DNA of 64,000 nt from an uncultured Actinomycetota bacterium (GCA_963743915.1 CAVURN010000002.1:288001-352000); one strand, 5' to 3'. Counted from the stretch's first letter, positions 9,946-20,463 are shown. The notes: generated by a model not told the origin, from the sequence alone. Numbers and translations are program-made.

Positions 9946-10641
9946 ATGGCATCCGACGATCCCGACAGCCGACCCTCGATCGCTGCCACCCGGAACGGTC
10001 CGTACCGCGTCCGCGGGGTGAGCCGCATCGTCTGGCGCGAGCCGGTCAAGACCGAGGCCGGCGAACCCATCGCCTGGCGGACCGGCGAGATCGTGGCCGA
10101 CGAGGAGAAGGAGTACTGGCTCTGTCGCTGCGGGAACTCGCAGAACAAGCCGTTCTGCGACAGCAGTCACCGACGGGTCGGCTTCGAGGCGAAGGACATG
10201 GCCGACACCGCGCCGAGAGCGGACCGTCTCGCGTCCTACGGCGAGGAGCCGAGCCTCGACGACGACCGCAGCCTCTGCTCACACGCCGGGTTCTGCGCCA
10301 CCACGGCGACCAATGCGTGGAAGGTCGCGGCCCGCAAGGATCTCGACACCGAGGGTCGTTCCCAGCTGATCGCGATGGGACAACGGTGCCCCTCAGGGGC
10401 GCTCACCGTACGCATGGATGAAGACGTCCTCGAGCCGGCGCTGCCCGTCGAGATCGCTCTGGTTCCCGATGGACCGCTCTGGGTGACGGGTGGCGTCCAG
10501 GTGGAGCGCTCGGACGGAGCGGAGCTCGAGGTGCGCAACCGCATGACGCTGTGTCGATGCGGGGCCTCGAAGAACAAGCCGCTGTGTGACGGCTCCCACG
10601 CCGACGTCGGCTTCGCGCACCGCCCGAGCCGGCCCGAGTAG
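9946..10641 (+). CDS. CDGSH iron-sulfur domain protein (two CDGSH domains around a divergent 4Fe-4S domain)
   Basis: CRCGNSQNKPFCDSSH, CSHAGFC...CPSGAL, CRCGASKNKPLCDGSH; TAGCGT-N6-ATG. Confidence 0.9.
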   Translation: MASDDPDSRPSIAATRNGPYRVRGVSRIVWREPVKTEAGEPIAWRTGEIVADEEKEYWLCRCGNSQNKPFCDSSHRRVGFEAKDMADTAPRADRLASYGEEPSLDDDRSLCSHAGFCATTATNAWKVAARKDLDTEGRSQLIAMGQRCPSGALTVRMDEDVLEPALPVEIALVPDGPLWVTGGVQVERSDGAELEVRNRMTLCRCGASKNKPLCDGSHADVGFAHRPSRPE

Positions 10642-10703
10642 CCGGCGAGCAGGGTCACCCCGTAGGCCCCGCAGAGCGACACCCATGCCAGAGTGACCCT
10701 GCT

Positions 10704-11802
10704 ATGACCACGGTGATCCTGCACATCGGCGCCTTCAAGACCGGCACCAGCTACCTCCAGACCGTCCTCGCGGGCGGACGGGACCGTCTGGCCGCCCTGG
10801 GGGTGCTCTGGCCCGGCGTCAACTGGCTGGCGCAAGTGGCCGCCGCTCGGGGTCTGATCAAGCTGCGCCCCGCCCAGCTCACCGCCTGGGACGACCTGGT
10901 CGGCGAGATCGATCAGTGGTCCGGATCCCGAGCGATCCTGTCGATCGAGACGCTGTCCCTGGTGGGACCACGAGGTGTCGAGATGGCGCGAGCCTCACTC
11001 GCCGGGCACCGCGTGCAGGTCGTTCTCACGGCGCGCGATCTCGGACGCGTGATACCGGCCCAGTGGCAGGAGTCGGTGCAGAACGGCAAGACCTGGTCGT
11101 ACCGCGACTACCTGGAGGGCGTCACGACCGGCGACGAGTCGTCACCCGCCTTCACGCACTTCTGGTCCAAGCACGACTGGGGTCAGATCCTGCGCACTTG
11201 GTCCGCTGTGTCGGACGACGTCGAGCTCACGGTCGTCACGGTTCCCCCTTCCGGCGCTCCCAGAGATCTCCTCTGGCGACGATTCTGCGAGGCCACCGAT
11301 CTCGACGCTGACGACTTCGACCACGGCATCCGCGTCAACGAGTCGCTGGGTGCGGCGTCAGCGGAAGTGGTGCGCTACGTCTCGATGGAGAAGGAGGGGT
11401 CGGCGTCCCCGCTGCAACGCACGAAGGTCGTGAAGGATGCACTGGCGCAAGGCGTCCTCATCCCCCACAAGGCAGACGAACCGCGGCTCGTGCTGCCGGA
11501 GAGCCTTCGACCGTGGGCGACTCGAGGCGAGTGACGCGCTCATCGAGGATTTGATGACGGTGCAGCCACGGATCGTCGGTGACCTCGACGACCTGCGTCC
11601 GACCTTCCATACGCTGCGCGAGCACGAGACGGACGACCCGAGCGCTCTTCCGAGCCCGGTGCTGCTGAAAAGCGCAGGAGTCGGACTATTGGGACTTCTC
11701 GAGCTGCTCGTCGCAGAGCGGCGCTGTGGCGCCGGATCGGGACGACGCCCCTGGTCACAGGCGTGCGACGAGCGATCACTCCTGATCCGACGACGGCGGT
11801 GA
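10704..11802 (+). CDS. Sulfotransferase-like / P-loop hypothetical protein, probable frameshift near 11525
   Basis: ILHIGAFKTGTSYLQ, LSIETLS, ARDLGRVIPAQWQE, NESLG; C-terminal part (IVGDLDDLRP) continues in another frame. Confidence 0.65.
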
Positions 11803-11895
11803 TGACTCCCTCACGACTCACCGCGACATGCCGCAGATTTCAGGTCGCGTGATCAAACCGTTACTCTCGCTGAAACCTCAAGCAGGGAGAACATC

Positions 11896-12703
11896 TTGAT
11901 CGCACGTACCAAGAAGCCCATCACCGTCCTCCTGGCGGCACTGGCCGTCGTCGCTGTGAACCAAGTGGCCGCATCGGCCACCGCATCGCAGCAGTCGGGT
12001 CGGGACGCGACGGTGACGGCCGATGGCACTCGTGCAGCGCGCTTCGAGCGTTGGGCGACGATCACGAAGATCCCCGGCGGTTACTACTACGACGCGGGTC
12101 AGCAGGACACCAACCTCGTCATCACGCGGGTGAACGGCGGTGTGCGCTTCGCCGACAGTCGCACCGACGTCGTCCGGTCGAAGCCGGACTCCTGCCGCAA
12201 GAAGCACGGCTGACCGCGGTGTCGTGGTGGTCTGCCGCGTTCCCGGAACGGTCAGCCCCCGCAATCCGATGACCATCAAGGTCTTCACCCGCCTGGGCAA
12301 CGACACGGTGGACGCCTCTGCGCTCCCCGCATCCTTGGAGCTCTACGGCCTGGCCGATGCCGGTCGGGACACGTTCAAGGGTGGGGCGGGCAACGACTTC
12401 GTCAACGGCGCGCAGAACCGGGATCGCATCTGGGGTGGTCCAGGCAACGACTGGCTCCGGGGCAACCTCGGCGATGACGACCTTTACGGCGGCGCCGGCC
12501 ACGACCAGCTCGTCGGTGTCTACGGTCACGACCTGATCATCGGCGGACGCGGTAACGACCGAGTGGGTGGCGGCCCCGCCAACGACCGGCTCTTCGCCGG
12601 CCCTGGCGACGACTTCGTCCTCTGTGGCACGGGAAGCGACAACGTCAGCGCCGAGCGTCTTGACCGCATCCTGCAGGACTGCGAGTCGATCTCCCGCTCG
12701 TGA
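11896..12703 (+). CDS. Secreted hemolysin-type (RTX) calcium-binding repeat protein, frameshift near 12207
   Basis: Signal peptide in 11896..12213; GGxGxD nonapeptides (GGAGNDFVN, GGPGNDWLR, GGAGHDQLV, GGRGNDRVG) in 12140..12703. Confidence 0.8.
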
Positions 12704-12724
12704 GCTGAGCAGGTCTGGCTGGCG

Positions 12725-13546
12725 CTAGCCGTCAGCGCTTCGTGGCTCGGTTTCGACGGGACCGATCCAGTCGTCCGTCGCGACCTCGATGGCGTCGATC
12801 GAGAAGTCCACGGTGACGAGGTTGAGCACCCCGAACGCCGCCGTGGTCACAGGGTTGGCGGGTGAGTCGACGTGATCGACCGTGACCGTCTCGACTGGCT
12901 GGCTGCCGGCGAGCCCGGCGCCGGTGAAGACGCGCAGCACGCTGCGACCGTGGGGCTGCTGCGACTGGTCGAAGGCGACCTCCAGGCGGATCCACTCCTG
13001 GAGCGGGAGTGGTGCCGCCGACTGGTGCGCCGCATCGAACCTCGAACCGTCATGGAGCGTGACGTATCCGGCCTCGTCCATCCGCAGTGCGAGCACGTCT
13101 TCGCCGGGCGGTGTCACGCTGGGCGACGTCTCGAGCGTGAGGAACCGCATCACGTCACTCGGGTACTGATCGATCCACAGGTAGACGCGCTCGAAGATGC
13201 GTGACGTTCCCCTCGAGTCGGTGAACTCGACCTTCGTCCGGATGTACTGGCCACTGGACGCGTAGCGGCCAACGAACGCGCCATCAATTGGCAACGGAGT
13301 CGACGCGAATGTCGCTGGTTCGTTGACGACGACGTTGAAGATCGAGTTGCCCGTGGTGACGTTCTCGCCTTCGGATCCTCCTTCGAAGGACTCAGTCACC
13401 GGGAGGTCAAAGGGTGTGACACCTCCGCTCCCGTCTTCGCTGTCAGAGGTGCAGCCCCCCACGACGACGGCAAGACCCAGAGCGAGGACGCCGGCCGACG
13501 CTCGGAATCTCACGACGCCCCCCTGCGGTCCACTGCGGACGTCCAT
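12725..13546 (-). CDS. Putative lipoprotein with beta-sandwich (LamG/lyase-like) domain
   Basis: VLALGLAVVVGGC lipobox; W.RLEV and F.ID.I.V...WIGP beta-rich pattern; start uncertain. Confidence 0.6.
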   Translation of the reverse strand: MDVRSGPQGGVVRFRASAGVLALGLAVVVGGCTSDSEDGSGGVTPFDLPVTESFEGGSEGENVTTGNSIFNVVVNEPATFASTPLPIDGAFVGRYASSGQYIRTKVEFTDSRGTSRIFERVYLWIDQYPSDVMRFLTLETSPSVTPPGEDVLALRMDEAGYVTLHDGSRFDAAHQSAAPLPLQEWIRLEVAFDQSQQPHGRSVLRVFTGAGLAGSQPVETVTVDHVDSPANPVTTAAFGVLNLVTVDFSIDAIEVATDDWIGPVETEPRSADG

Positions 13547-13590
13547 GGTCTCATCCGAGATCGGCACTGGCGCAGAGGCCGAGCATGCGC

Positions 13591-14697
13591 CTAGGACGCA
13601 GCGAGCGTCAGCTTCAGTTCCTGCCCACGAAGCTGCGCGAGCCGCAGCACCTCCTGCTCCAGGGCGGGAGTGGGCACGCGACCAGCCTCTTCGAACCACG
13701 AGACCACCACATCGTTCCCGCGGACGCGCCACGTGCCGGACACGCGTCCACCACGGATAGCCAAGTTCGAGCCCTTGGTCGCCAATCCCCGTCGGGTCGG
13801 GTCGAGCAGGAGCTCGTCGGCGGTTCCCGGCCCGAGTATCCACGGGTCGTACCCCGGCAGCAGGCGGACGCTGTTGGACGGTTCGGCGTCCGTCAGCTGG
13901 TCCAGGTCTGAGGTCAGGGCATAGGCACTCACGCCGTCGACGCTGACGGAGGTGATGGTGTCGCCGAGATCGGCCAGCCACTCCCCCAGTCGGCGTCGCG
14001 GAACGCTGAGTCCCGCGCAAAGCCAGTACTCGAGGTTGTCGAGCGTCGCTGGGCCATAGCTGCCCAGGTACAACGCGACCGCACGCCGTCCGGCGTCGTC
14101 GATCTCCGGCAACCCTGGCCAACGCGGGTCACCGTCGAGAAGCCGGAACGTCGCGTGCCCCCCTCTGCTGGGTCCGAAACAGATGTCACCCCACCAGAAG
14201 AGCGGCTTGTACAGGGTGTCCGAGCCGTATCCCGTCGCCCCTTCGGCCAGGTGCCGCAAGGCGGGGATACCCGCGATGTGACGTCCGATCTCGGCCCGTG
14301 TCGCCGGCCCGCGCGAAAGCAGCTCCCGCACGGCGTCCCGCCAGGGCTGCCAGTCATCCAGCCTGAAGTGGCCCTGCTTCTGATAGCGGTTCGTCTCCCA
14401 GACACGGGTTGTGGTGCGGCAGGCGAGCAGCACCGAAGCGACCTCTGGGGTGAACACGTAGGAGCCGCCTCGGAAGGCGTAGCTGCGGATGACCTCCCCG
14501 GTCTCCAGAGCTCGATCGAGCGCGCCAGCATCGGGCGCCGTCATCCGCATGCGGACCATGAGGTCTGCGAGGTCGAAGGGCCAACCACGGAACGCAACTA
14601 CGCGTTCAGCCACATCCGTGACCCTGGTTCCCGCCACCGGCTCCAGCGCGTGCCTCTGGAGGCGCCACGCAAGCGCCCTGGATCCACCGAGCTTCAC
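13591..14697 (-). CDS. AlkZ/HTH_42 winged-helix DNA glycosylase-like protein
   Basis: R...H.L N-terminus, GPATRAEI, YLGSYGPAT, LLPGYDPWILG, GRVSGTW. Confidence 0.8.
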   Translation of the reverse strand: MKLGGSRALAWRLQRHALEPVAGTRVTDVAERVVAFRGWPFDLADLMVRMRMTAPDAGALDRALETGEVIRSYAFRGGSYVFTPEVASVLLACRTTTRVWETNRYQKQGHFRLDDWQPWRDAVRELLSRGPATRAEIGRHIAGIPALRHLAEGATGYGSDTLYKPLFWWGDICFGPSRGGHATFRLLDGDPRWPGLPEIDDAGRRAVALYLGSYGPATLDNLEYWLCAGLSVPRRRLGEWLADLGDTITSVSVDGVSAYALTSDLDQLTDAEPSNSVRLLPGYDPWILGPGTADELLLDPTRRGLATKGSNLAIRGGRVSGTWRVRGNDVVVSWFEEAGRVPTPALEQEVLRLAQLRGQELKLTLAAS

Positions 14698-14893
14698 CGC
14701 AGTCAGCCTAACTGCGTTGGGTGATATCACGCTGACGCACGGCATCAGCCTCGTCGGACGCGCTCGGCGGGCTGGGCCCATGGACCCTGTGCCCACAATG
14801 GAGCCGTCACTACGGTGAGTGCGAGGACGTGAACCGTACACCTACCGGCCCGACGCGGCTGTCGTGCTCCACTGCCTGAGTGGGAGGGGAACC

Positions 14894-15775
14894 ATGAGCC
14901 TTCCTGTGCAGCCGCTCGTCGACTTCATCCCGCCGAGTCGTGTCCTCGCTCCCCCGCGCTTGACCGAGCGTTATCCGGCCCTGTTCCCTCTCGCCGTCCG
15001 GGTCCACCGAGCACGACGTCGGCTGGCCTGGATGCGGTCCACGACACCGTGGAGCAGGAGACGATCCGACGTACCCCTTGATTTTCGCGTCAAGAAGCAC
15101 AACTCTCTGCTGCTTCGCCAGCTCGGTGACAGCGACATGCAGCTGCAGCACAACAAGGTGACGAACCTCAGGCTGGCCTCGGATCGCATGGACGGTCTCC
15201 TGATACGTCCCGGGGAGACATTCTCCTTCAACAAGGTGGTGGGCAACTGCACCCGCAGAAAGGGGTACCTCGAAGGCATGCGGCTGTCCAACGGGGCGGC
15301 GCACGCGGGAGTCGGCAGCGGCATCTGCCAGCTGGCCAACCTGCTGCACTGGATGTTCTTGCACTCGCCCCTCACCATCGTGGAACGTTCCGAGCACAGC
15401 TTCGACCCCTTCCCCGACAACGAGCGAGTGCTCCCTTGGGGCGTCGGCTGTTCCATCGTCTACAACTACGTGGACCTAGTGGTTCGCAATGACACGGCCG
15501 TCACTTTTCAGATCCTCGTCCGCGTGGGTGAGCGATATCTGGAGGGTGAGTTGAGAGCGGACCAGCCGACTGACGTCTCTTACCGGGTGTTCGGGCAGAA
15601 CGAGCACTTCATGAGGCACAACTGGGAGTACTTCCGCAGCAACGAGATCTGGCGCACCGTCATCGACAAGAGAACGGGCGACGCGCTGCGCTCGGAACAC
15701 GTCAAGAGCAACTGTGCGAAGGTGATGTACACACCCACGGGGGTACCCGTCGTCGACGTACTCGATCGGGTCTAG
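14894..15775 (+). CDS. VanW family protein
   Basis: NKVTNLRLA...I.PGETFSFN..VG, GSGICQLAN, ERSEHS, YNYVDL; GGAGG RBS. Confidence 0.9.
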   Translation: MSLPVQPLVDFIPPSRVLAPPRLTERYPALFPLAVRVHRARRRLAWMRSTTPWSRRRSDVPLDFRVKKHNSLLLRQLGDSDMQLQHNKVTNLRLASDRMDGLLIRPGETFSFNKVVGNCTRRKGYLEGMRLSNGAAHAGVGSGICQLANLLHWMFLHSPLTIVERSEHSFDPFPDNERVLPWGVGCSIVYNYVDLVVRNDTAVTFQILVRVGERYLEGELRADQPTDVSYRVFGQNEHFMRHNWEYFRSNEIWRTVIDKRTGDALRSEHVKSNCAKVMYTPTGVPVVDVLDRV

Positions 15776-15897
15776 ACGCATCCAAATGCTTGAGCACCGC
15801 CCACGCCCGATCCGGCGCTGGGACACGCTCGCCGACACGGAATCCTATTGACCGGAACTGACTAGCGCTTCGATCCGACGCGTCGTACCGTCGACGG

Positions 15898-16090
15898 ATA
15901 CGAGAAGGGAGGTGGTCCAAGCTTGATAAGCCATAGGACACGTGAGGTGGCTGCCAGCTAGCCGCCGACTGACGGCCCACCGGTGCGCCATGAGGCGGCC
16001 GGCGAGTCCAAGGCAGTCACCCGACCCGCGGGCGCCGAGACATGTCCCTCGGTCCACCGGCAGCAACGCCGGGCCCGCGGGTCGTCCTTG
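15898..16090 (+). ncRNA. Candidate small structured RNA with 12-codon ORF
   Basis: TACCGT -10 (15886-91); AGAAGGGAGGTGGTCCA (15903-19); ORF TTG..TAG 15923-15961 (MISHRTREVAAS); 12-bp stem 16022-33/16073-84 enclosing two hairpins. Confidence 0.5.
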
Positions 16091-16455
16091 TCCACTCCGG
16101 AACCCAGCCGTCGTCGTGGCGGGATCGGCAGGGCCGAAGGGCTCGCGCGGGCGGGCGAGGCAGACAGCTGAGGGGAATGGACAGCCGCCCTCTCCGGCAT
16201 CGTGAAGTACCCCCTCAAGGGGCCCGAAGAAGTCGTCTACACCGGAGAGGGATGGGAGCTCCTTGTCGATGATCGCGTCAAGGGACGACACGTCTACTTC
16301 CGAGACTCCCTGAACCAGGGTGCGGAGGGCATCTACAAGATCATCGATCCCCTACTCTGACCCGCGCAACGACACGGCCGACTCTGGATTCCGGAGCCAC
16401 GCGCGGGGCGAGGCGGCACGGGTGCAGACTGACTGCACAGGGACCGAGCTGCGAG

Positions 16456-17619
16456 GTGGTCGGGATGGGTCGTCTGGGACGAGCAAGCGTCGGGACTTTG
16501 CTCTTGGCCATGGTGGGGGCGGTGGCCACTCTGCCGGCGGACGCCGCCGGCCCTGGGACACCGGTGACCTTCGGCACCAACACCTTCGGGCAGTTCGGTG
16601 ACGGGTCGCCCATCTCCTCGGTGCGGACGACGCCGCGCGCCGTCACTGGCCTGACGGACGTGATTCAGCTGCACGGGGGTCGGGAGCATGTCCTCGCGCT
16701 CCGAGCGAACGGGACCGTGGCCGCGTGGGGCAGCAACGCAAAAGGCCAGATCGGCGACGGAACGACGGTCTCGGTCCGATCAACCCCTGTCCAAGTTCCG
16801 GGCCTTTCCTCGATAGCCGAGGTCTCGACTGGTCACTACCACTCCCTGGCGCGGAGGAGTGATGGAACCGCCTGGGTCTGGGGATTCAACGCACTCGGCC
16901 AGCTCGGTGATGGGACGAGGACCAACCGACGCTCCCCCAAGCGGTACGGGACTTTCACGAACGTCGAGCACGTGGCCGGCGGCCGCGACATGAGCTACGT
17001 CGTCCTGGCCGACGGAACCGTGTGGTGCTCCGGGGGCAACTCCTACGGCGAGTGCGGTGACGCCACCCTGACTCAACGACGCACCCCGGTGCGGGTGAGC
17101 GGGCTCACGGACGTCGTCCAGGTTGCCGGTGGGCGCAACCATGGGCTCGCTCTCCGTTCGGATGGCACGGTCTGGGCTTGGGGACGCAACACGTCAGGCC
17201 AGCTCGGAGACGGGACGCTCACCAACCGGACTCGGCCGGTGCGCATCACCGGGCTCACCGATGTGATCGGTATCGCGGCGGGGGCTACCCACAGTGTCGC
17301 GGTGCTCGCCAACGGGACGGTCCGAGCGTGGGGCGAGAACTCGCGGGGCAACCTCGGGCTCGGCGACACCGCAGACCGCCGCACCCCCACCGTGGTTCCA
17401 GGAATCACGACCGCGAGGAGCGTCGGGGCCGGACGCGACCACACCTTTGTGGTCACCGAGGCAGGCGCTGTCTATATCTGGGGCTGGAACATCTACGGCC
17501 AGGTCGGTGACCCGTCATTGCAGAACGTCCGGACGCCTCGACGCATGCCGGGTGTCAGCGGGGTGACGTCGGTTGGTGGTGGGCAGGCCTACTCAGTCCT
17601 GCTGACCACGGGCGGCTGA
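16456..17619 (+). CDS. Secreted RCC1-repeat beta-propeller (BLIP-II-like)
   Basis: Signal peptide; 7 repeats of G..H.LAL..DGTVW.WG.N..GQLGDG. Confidence 0.92.
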   Translation: MVGMGRLGRASVGTLLLAMVGAVATLPADAAGPGTPVTFGTNTFGQFGDGSPISSVRTTPRAVTGLTDVIQLHGGREHVLALRANGTVAAWGSNAKGQIGDGTTVSVRSTPVQVPGLSSIAEVSTGHYHSLARRSDGTAWVWGFNALGQLGDGTRTNRRSPKRYGTFTNVEHVAGGRDMSYVVLADGTVWCSGGNSYGECGDATLTQRRTPVRVSGLTDVVQVAGGRNHGLALRSDGTVWAWGRNTSGQLGDGTLTNRTRPVRITGLTDVIGIAAGATHSVAVLANGTVRAWGENSRGNLGLGDTADRRTPTVVPGITTARSVGAGRDHTFVVTEAGAVYIWGWNIYGQVGDPSLQNVRTPRRMPGVSGVTSVGGGQAYSVLLTTGG

Positions 17620-18275
17620 TGAGTCATCGGGGCCCACGACAAGATCCCCCAGCAGGGGGTATGAAGTGCGCGCTTCCACGGGTATCCCGATAGCCCCTAT
17701 TCCGTACTCTCTCACCATCCGCATGACCATCCCCGCCCCTCATAGCTGGCCCCGTGACAACCACACCGATGCCTAGTAGCCCAAAGACTCGAGGGCTCGC
17801 ACACGGGCGAATGCCGTCCGACCCTTGCAGAATAGGCCCGAGGCAGACGCTCAAAGGACGACTCGAGGTGACTGCAATCGGCCGCTCCCATTCCTCCGCG
17901 GAGCGCCGCACCGCGCGAAGTCGTAGTCCTCGGTTACGGCAGGGGCTTCGCCCACGCACGTGGAGGCATAGGGCCTCGGGGCAAGCGCAGGGAGACACCG
18001 AAACGTGCTGCGCGGTGACTCTATTCAGAGATCATCTTCGACGGTAGGTCCTGAAACTGGCGCCGCACCTGTGACGAAGAGAGGTCCAAGATGCTCGTAG
18101 GTAATCACGCACCGCCGACCTCTGCGAAGTAGAAATGCTCCCTGTCGCAGGACATGGCCTTGTGTGACGTCGCCCGGCGCCCCGGAGCCCGCCCCTCGCA
18201 GGGCCACACACGCTGAGTCGGGGCGGCTCACGGGGTGAAGTCGAAATCATCCCTGGAGATGATGAGGGAAACGTA

Positions 18276-18419
18276 GTGCCCCCCCACTACCGCGGGGCCT
18301 GCATCCCCATCCGCAACGACGTCGACTGCTCAGAGATCCCGGACCGCAACTTCCACGTCTTCGACATCGACGTCTACGGACTGGACAGTGATGGTGATGG
18401 GGTCGCCTGCGAATCGTAG
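18276..18419 (+). pseudogene. Excalibur-like calcium-binding domain fragment / micro-ORF
   Basis: HYRGACIPIRNDVDCSEIPDRNFHVFDIDVYGLDSDGDGVACES*; DxDxDGxACE motif. Confidence 0.55.
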
Positions 18420-18453
18420 GAGCAGCGATCAGGCTCGGACCGAACTCGAGGCT

Positions 18454-19804
18454 TCAGTGCAGCGGACCACGGGCGAACACATCCCAGGCATTGTTCGTGT
18501 CGGCGGGGACCAGGTTCCTTGCGGAAGACTGGAAGGCTACGAACCGTCCGTCCCCGGAGATCGACGGTATGTCGCTCATCCCGTTGGCCTGTGCTCCGGT
18601 GGAGCTGACGCTGACCCGCTGAGTCTCCTGCGTGGTCCGGTCATGGACGAACACATCCGGCTGACCGTTGGTGTCGTCGCGGACCAGCTGCCTCGCGAAA
18701 GAGAAGAAGGACACGAACTGTCCGTCCGCCGAGATCGACGGCTCGCCGCTCATGTTCTTGGCCTGGACTCCGGTGGAGCTGACGCTGACCCGCTCAGTCT
18801 TGTGCGTGGCGCGGTCATGCACGAACACATCGTTCTCACCGTTGGTGTCGGCACGGACTAGCCTAGAGAGGGACTCGAACGCTACGAAACGCCCGTCCGC
18901 CGAGATCGACGGTTCACGGCCTCCCCACTTGCCCTGTGCTCCGTTCGAGCTGACGCTCACTCGCCGAGTCTTGAGTGTCGCGCGGTCATACGCGAACACA
19001 TCCGTGTAACCGTTAGTGTCGACGCGGACCAAGTTCGTAGCCGCGGACTGGAAGGCCACGAAACGCCCGTCCGTCGAGATCGACGGCTGGCCGCTGCCGC
19101 GGTTGGCCTGTGCTCCGTTCGAGCGGAGGCTCACCCTCTTAGTCTTCTGCGTGGCTCGGTCATACACGAACACGTCATGCACCCCGTTGGTGTCGGCGCG
19201 GACCAAGTTCGTAGCGCTAGACCTGAAGGTGACGAAGCGTCCGTCCGCCGAGATCGAAGGCTGGTCACTGGTGTGATTGCCCTGGGCTCCCGGTCGATCT
19301 GACGCTGACCCGCTCAGTCTCCTGCGTGGCACGGTCATACACGAACACATCCATCTCACGGTTGGTGTCGGCATCGACCAGGTTCCTCGCGACGGACTCG
19401 AAGGCCACGAAGCGTCCGTCCGCCGAGATCGACGGCGAGTCGCTCCAGGCCTTGGCCTGTGCTCCGGTGGAGCTGACGCTAACCCGCTGAGTCTCCTGCG
19501 TGGCACGGTCATACACGAACACATCCGCCTCACCGTTGGTGTCCGCTTCGACCAGGTTCGACGCCGAGACGAAGGCCACAAACCATCCGTCCGCCGAGAC
19601 CGAGGGACTTCCGCCGCCATAGTTGGCCTGGGCTCCGGTCGAGCTGACACTGACACGTTCGGTCTGCGGCTCGACCGCCGCACTCACCGGACTTAGACCA
19701 AAGCCCAGAGCGGTTAGGGCAACTAGTAAGGCGAGCAGCCCCCGTCGAGCTTGATGCTCAGCTTCTCTTGACGTAGCCATCACGATCCCCGTCCCTCGCT
19801 TCAC
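18454..19804 (-). CDS. Secreted TolB-like PD40/WD40 beta-propeller, frameshift near 19290
   Basis: Signal peptide; 7 repeats PSISADGRFVAF.S.A.NLV..DTNG..DVFV.DR...T.RVSV. Confidence 0.88.
18480..19660. repeat. Intragenic tandem repeat, ~170-174 bp unit (propeller blades)
   Basis: CCGTCCGCCGAGATCGACGG-like core recurs near 18545, 18722, 18893, 19067, 19241, 19414, 19587. Confidence 0.85.
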
Positions 19805-20307
19805 TCGCTAAGGCACGCTCGACAACGCCGCGGGGGAAGTGGTCAGGCACCATGACCGACAGGCTCTCTGGCCACAGCCGAGGGCATCTACGGTCATCGT
19901 CCGCACCGGGATCGTTGAACACCAGGGGCCAACGACCCAGACCGCGCGGACATCTCCCTGGACACCCTCTGCCCCGCGTGAGATGAGCTTCCACGGCTTC
20001 GGTTCACCGGTTGACCTAGGAGGGCTGCTGGCCTACTGGCCGCGTCGACGTCCATTCGTCGTCGGGCCAGTACATCGCGTCAGGGCAGCGGGTCGACGAG
20101 GACGACGTCTGTCCACCGCAAACCCAACGCCTCACCACGCCGCAGCACCCGCAGATATACATCCCGTCACGCTGGTCGAGACCGAATTTCAACTGCTGAG
20201 TCAGCCCAAGAGCGCAGGTCGCTTGTGTCATTGGCGGAGCCTGGCAGACGGCCGCGCATCAACCTCAGCCCACAGTCCGCGGGGCCGGCCAACCCGCTGG
20301 CCACGTT

Positions 20308-20375
20308 GTTGTTCCACTCGTTGCTCCACACACGTCAGAGCGGGCACCAGCACCTCTGCTGACACACGCTCTGAC
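20308..20375. mobile_element. att-like scar next to tRNA-Pro 3' end
   Basis: Direct repeat GTTGTTCCAC/GTTGCTCCAC (20308, 20320; 12-bp period) plus inverted repeat GTCAGAGCG...CGCTCTGAC (20334-20375). Confidence 0.4.
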
Positions 20376-20389
20376 CTGCACAAACACCG

Positions 20390-20463
<74 letters not shown>

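Noticed and set aside
18480-19660. Regular ~172-bp repeats as a CRISPR array or DGR-like template
   Set aside because: In-frame beta-propeller blades; no unique spacers, cas or RT genes.
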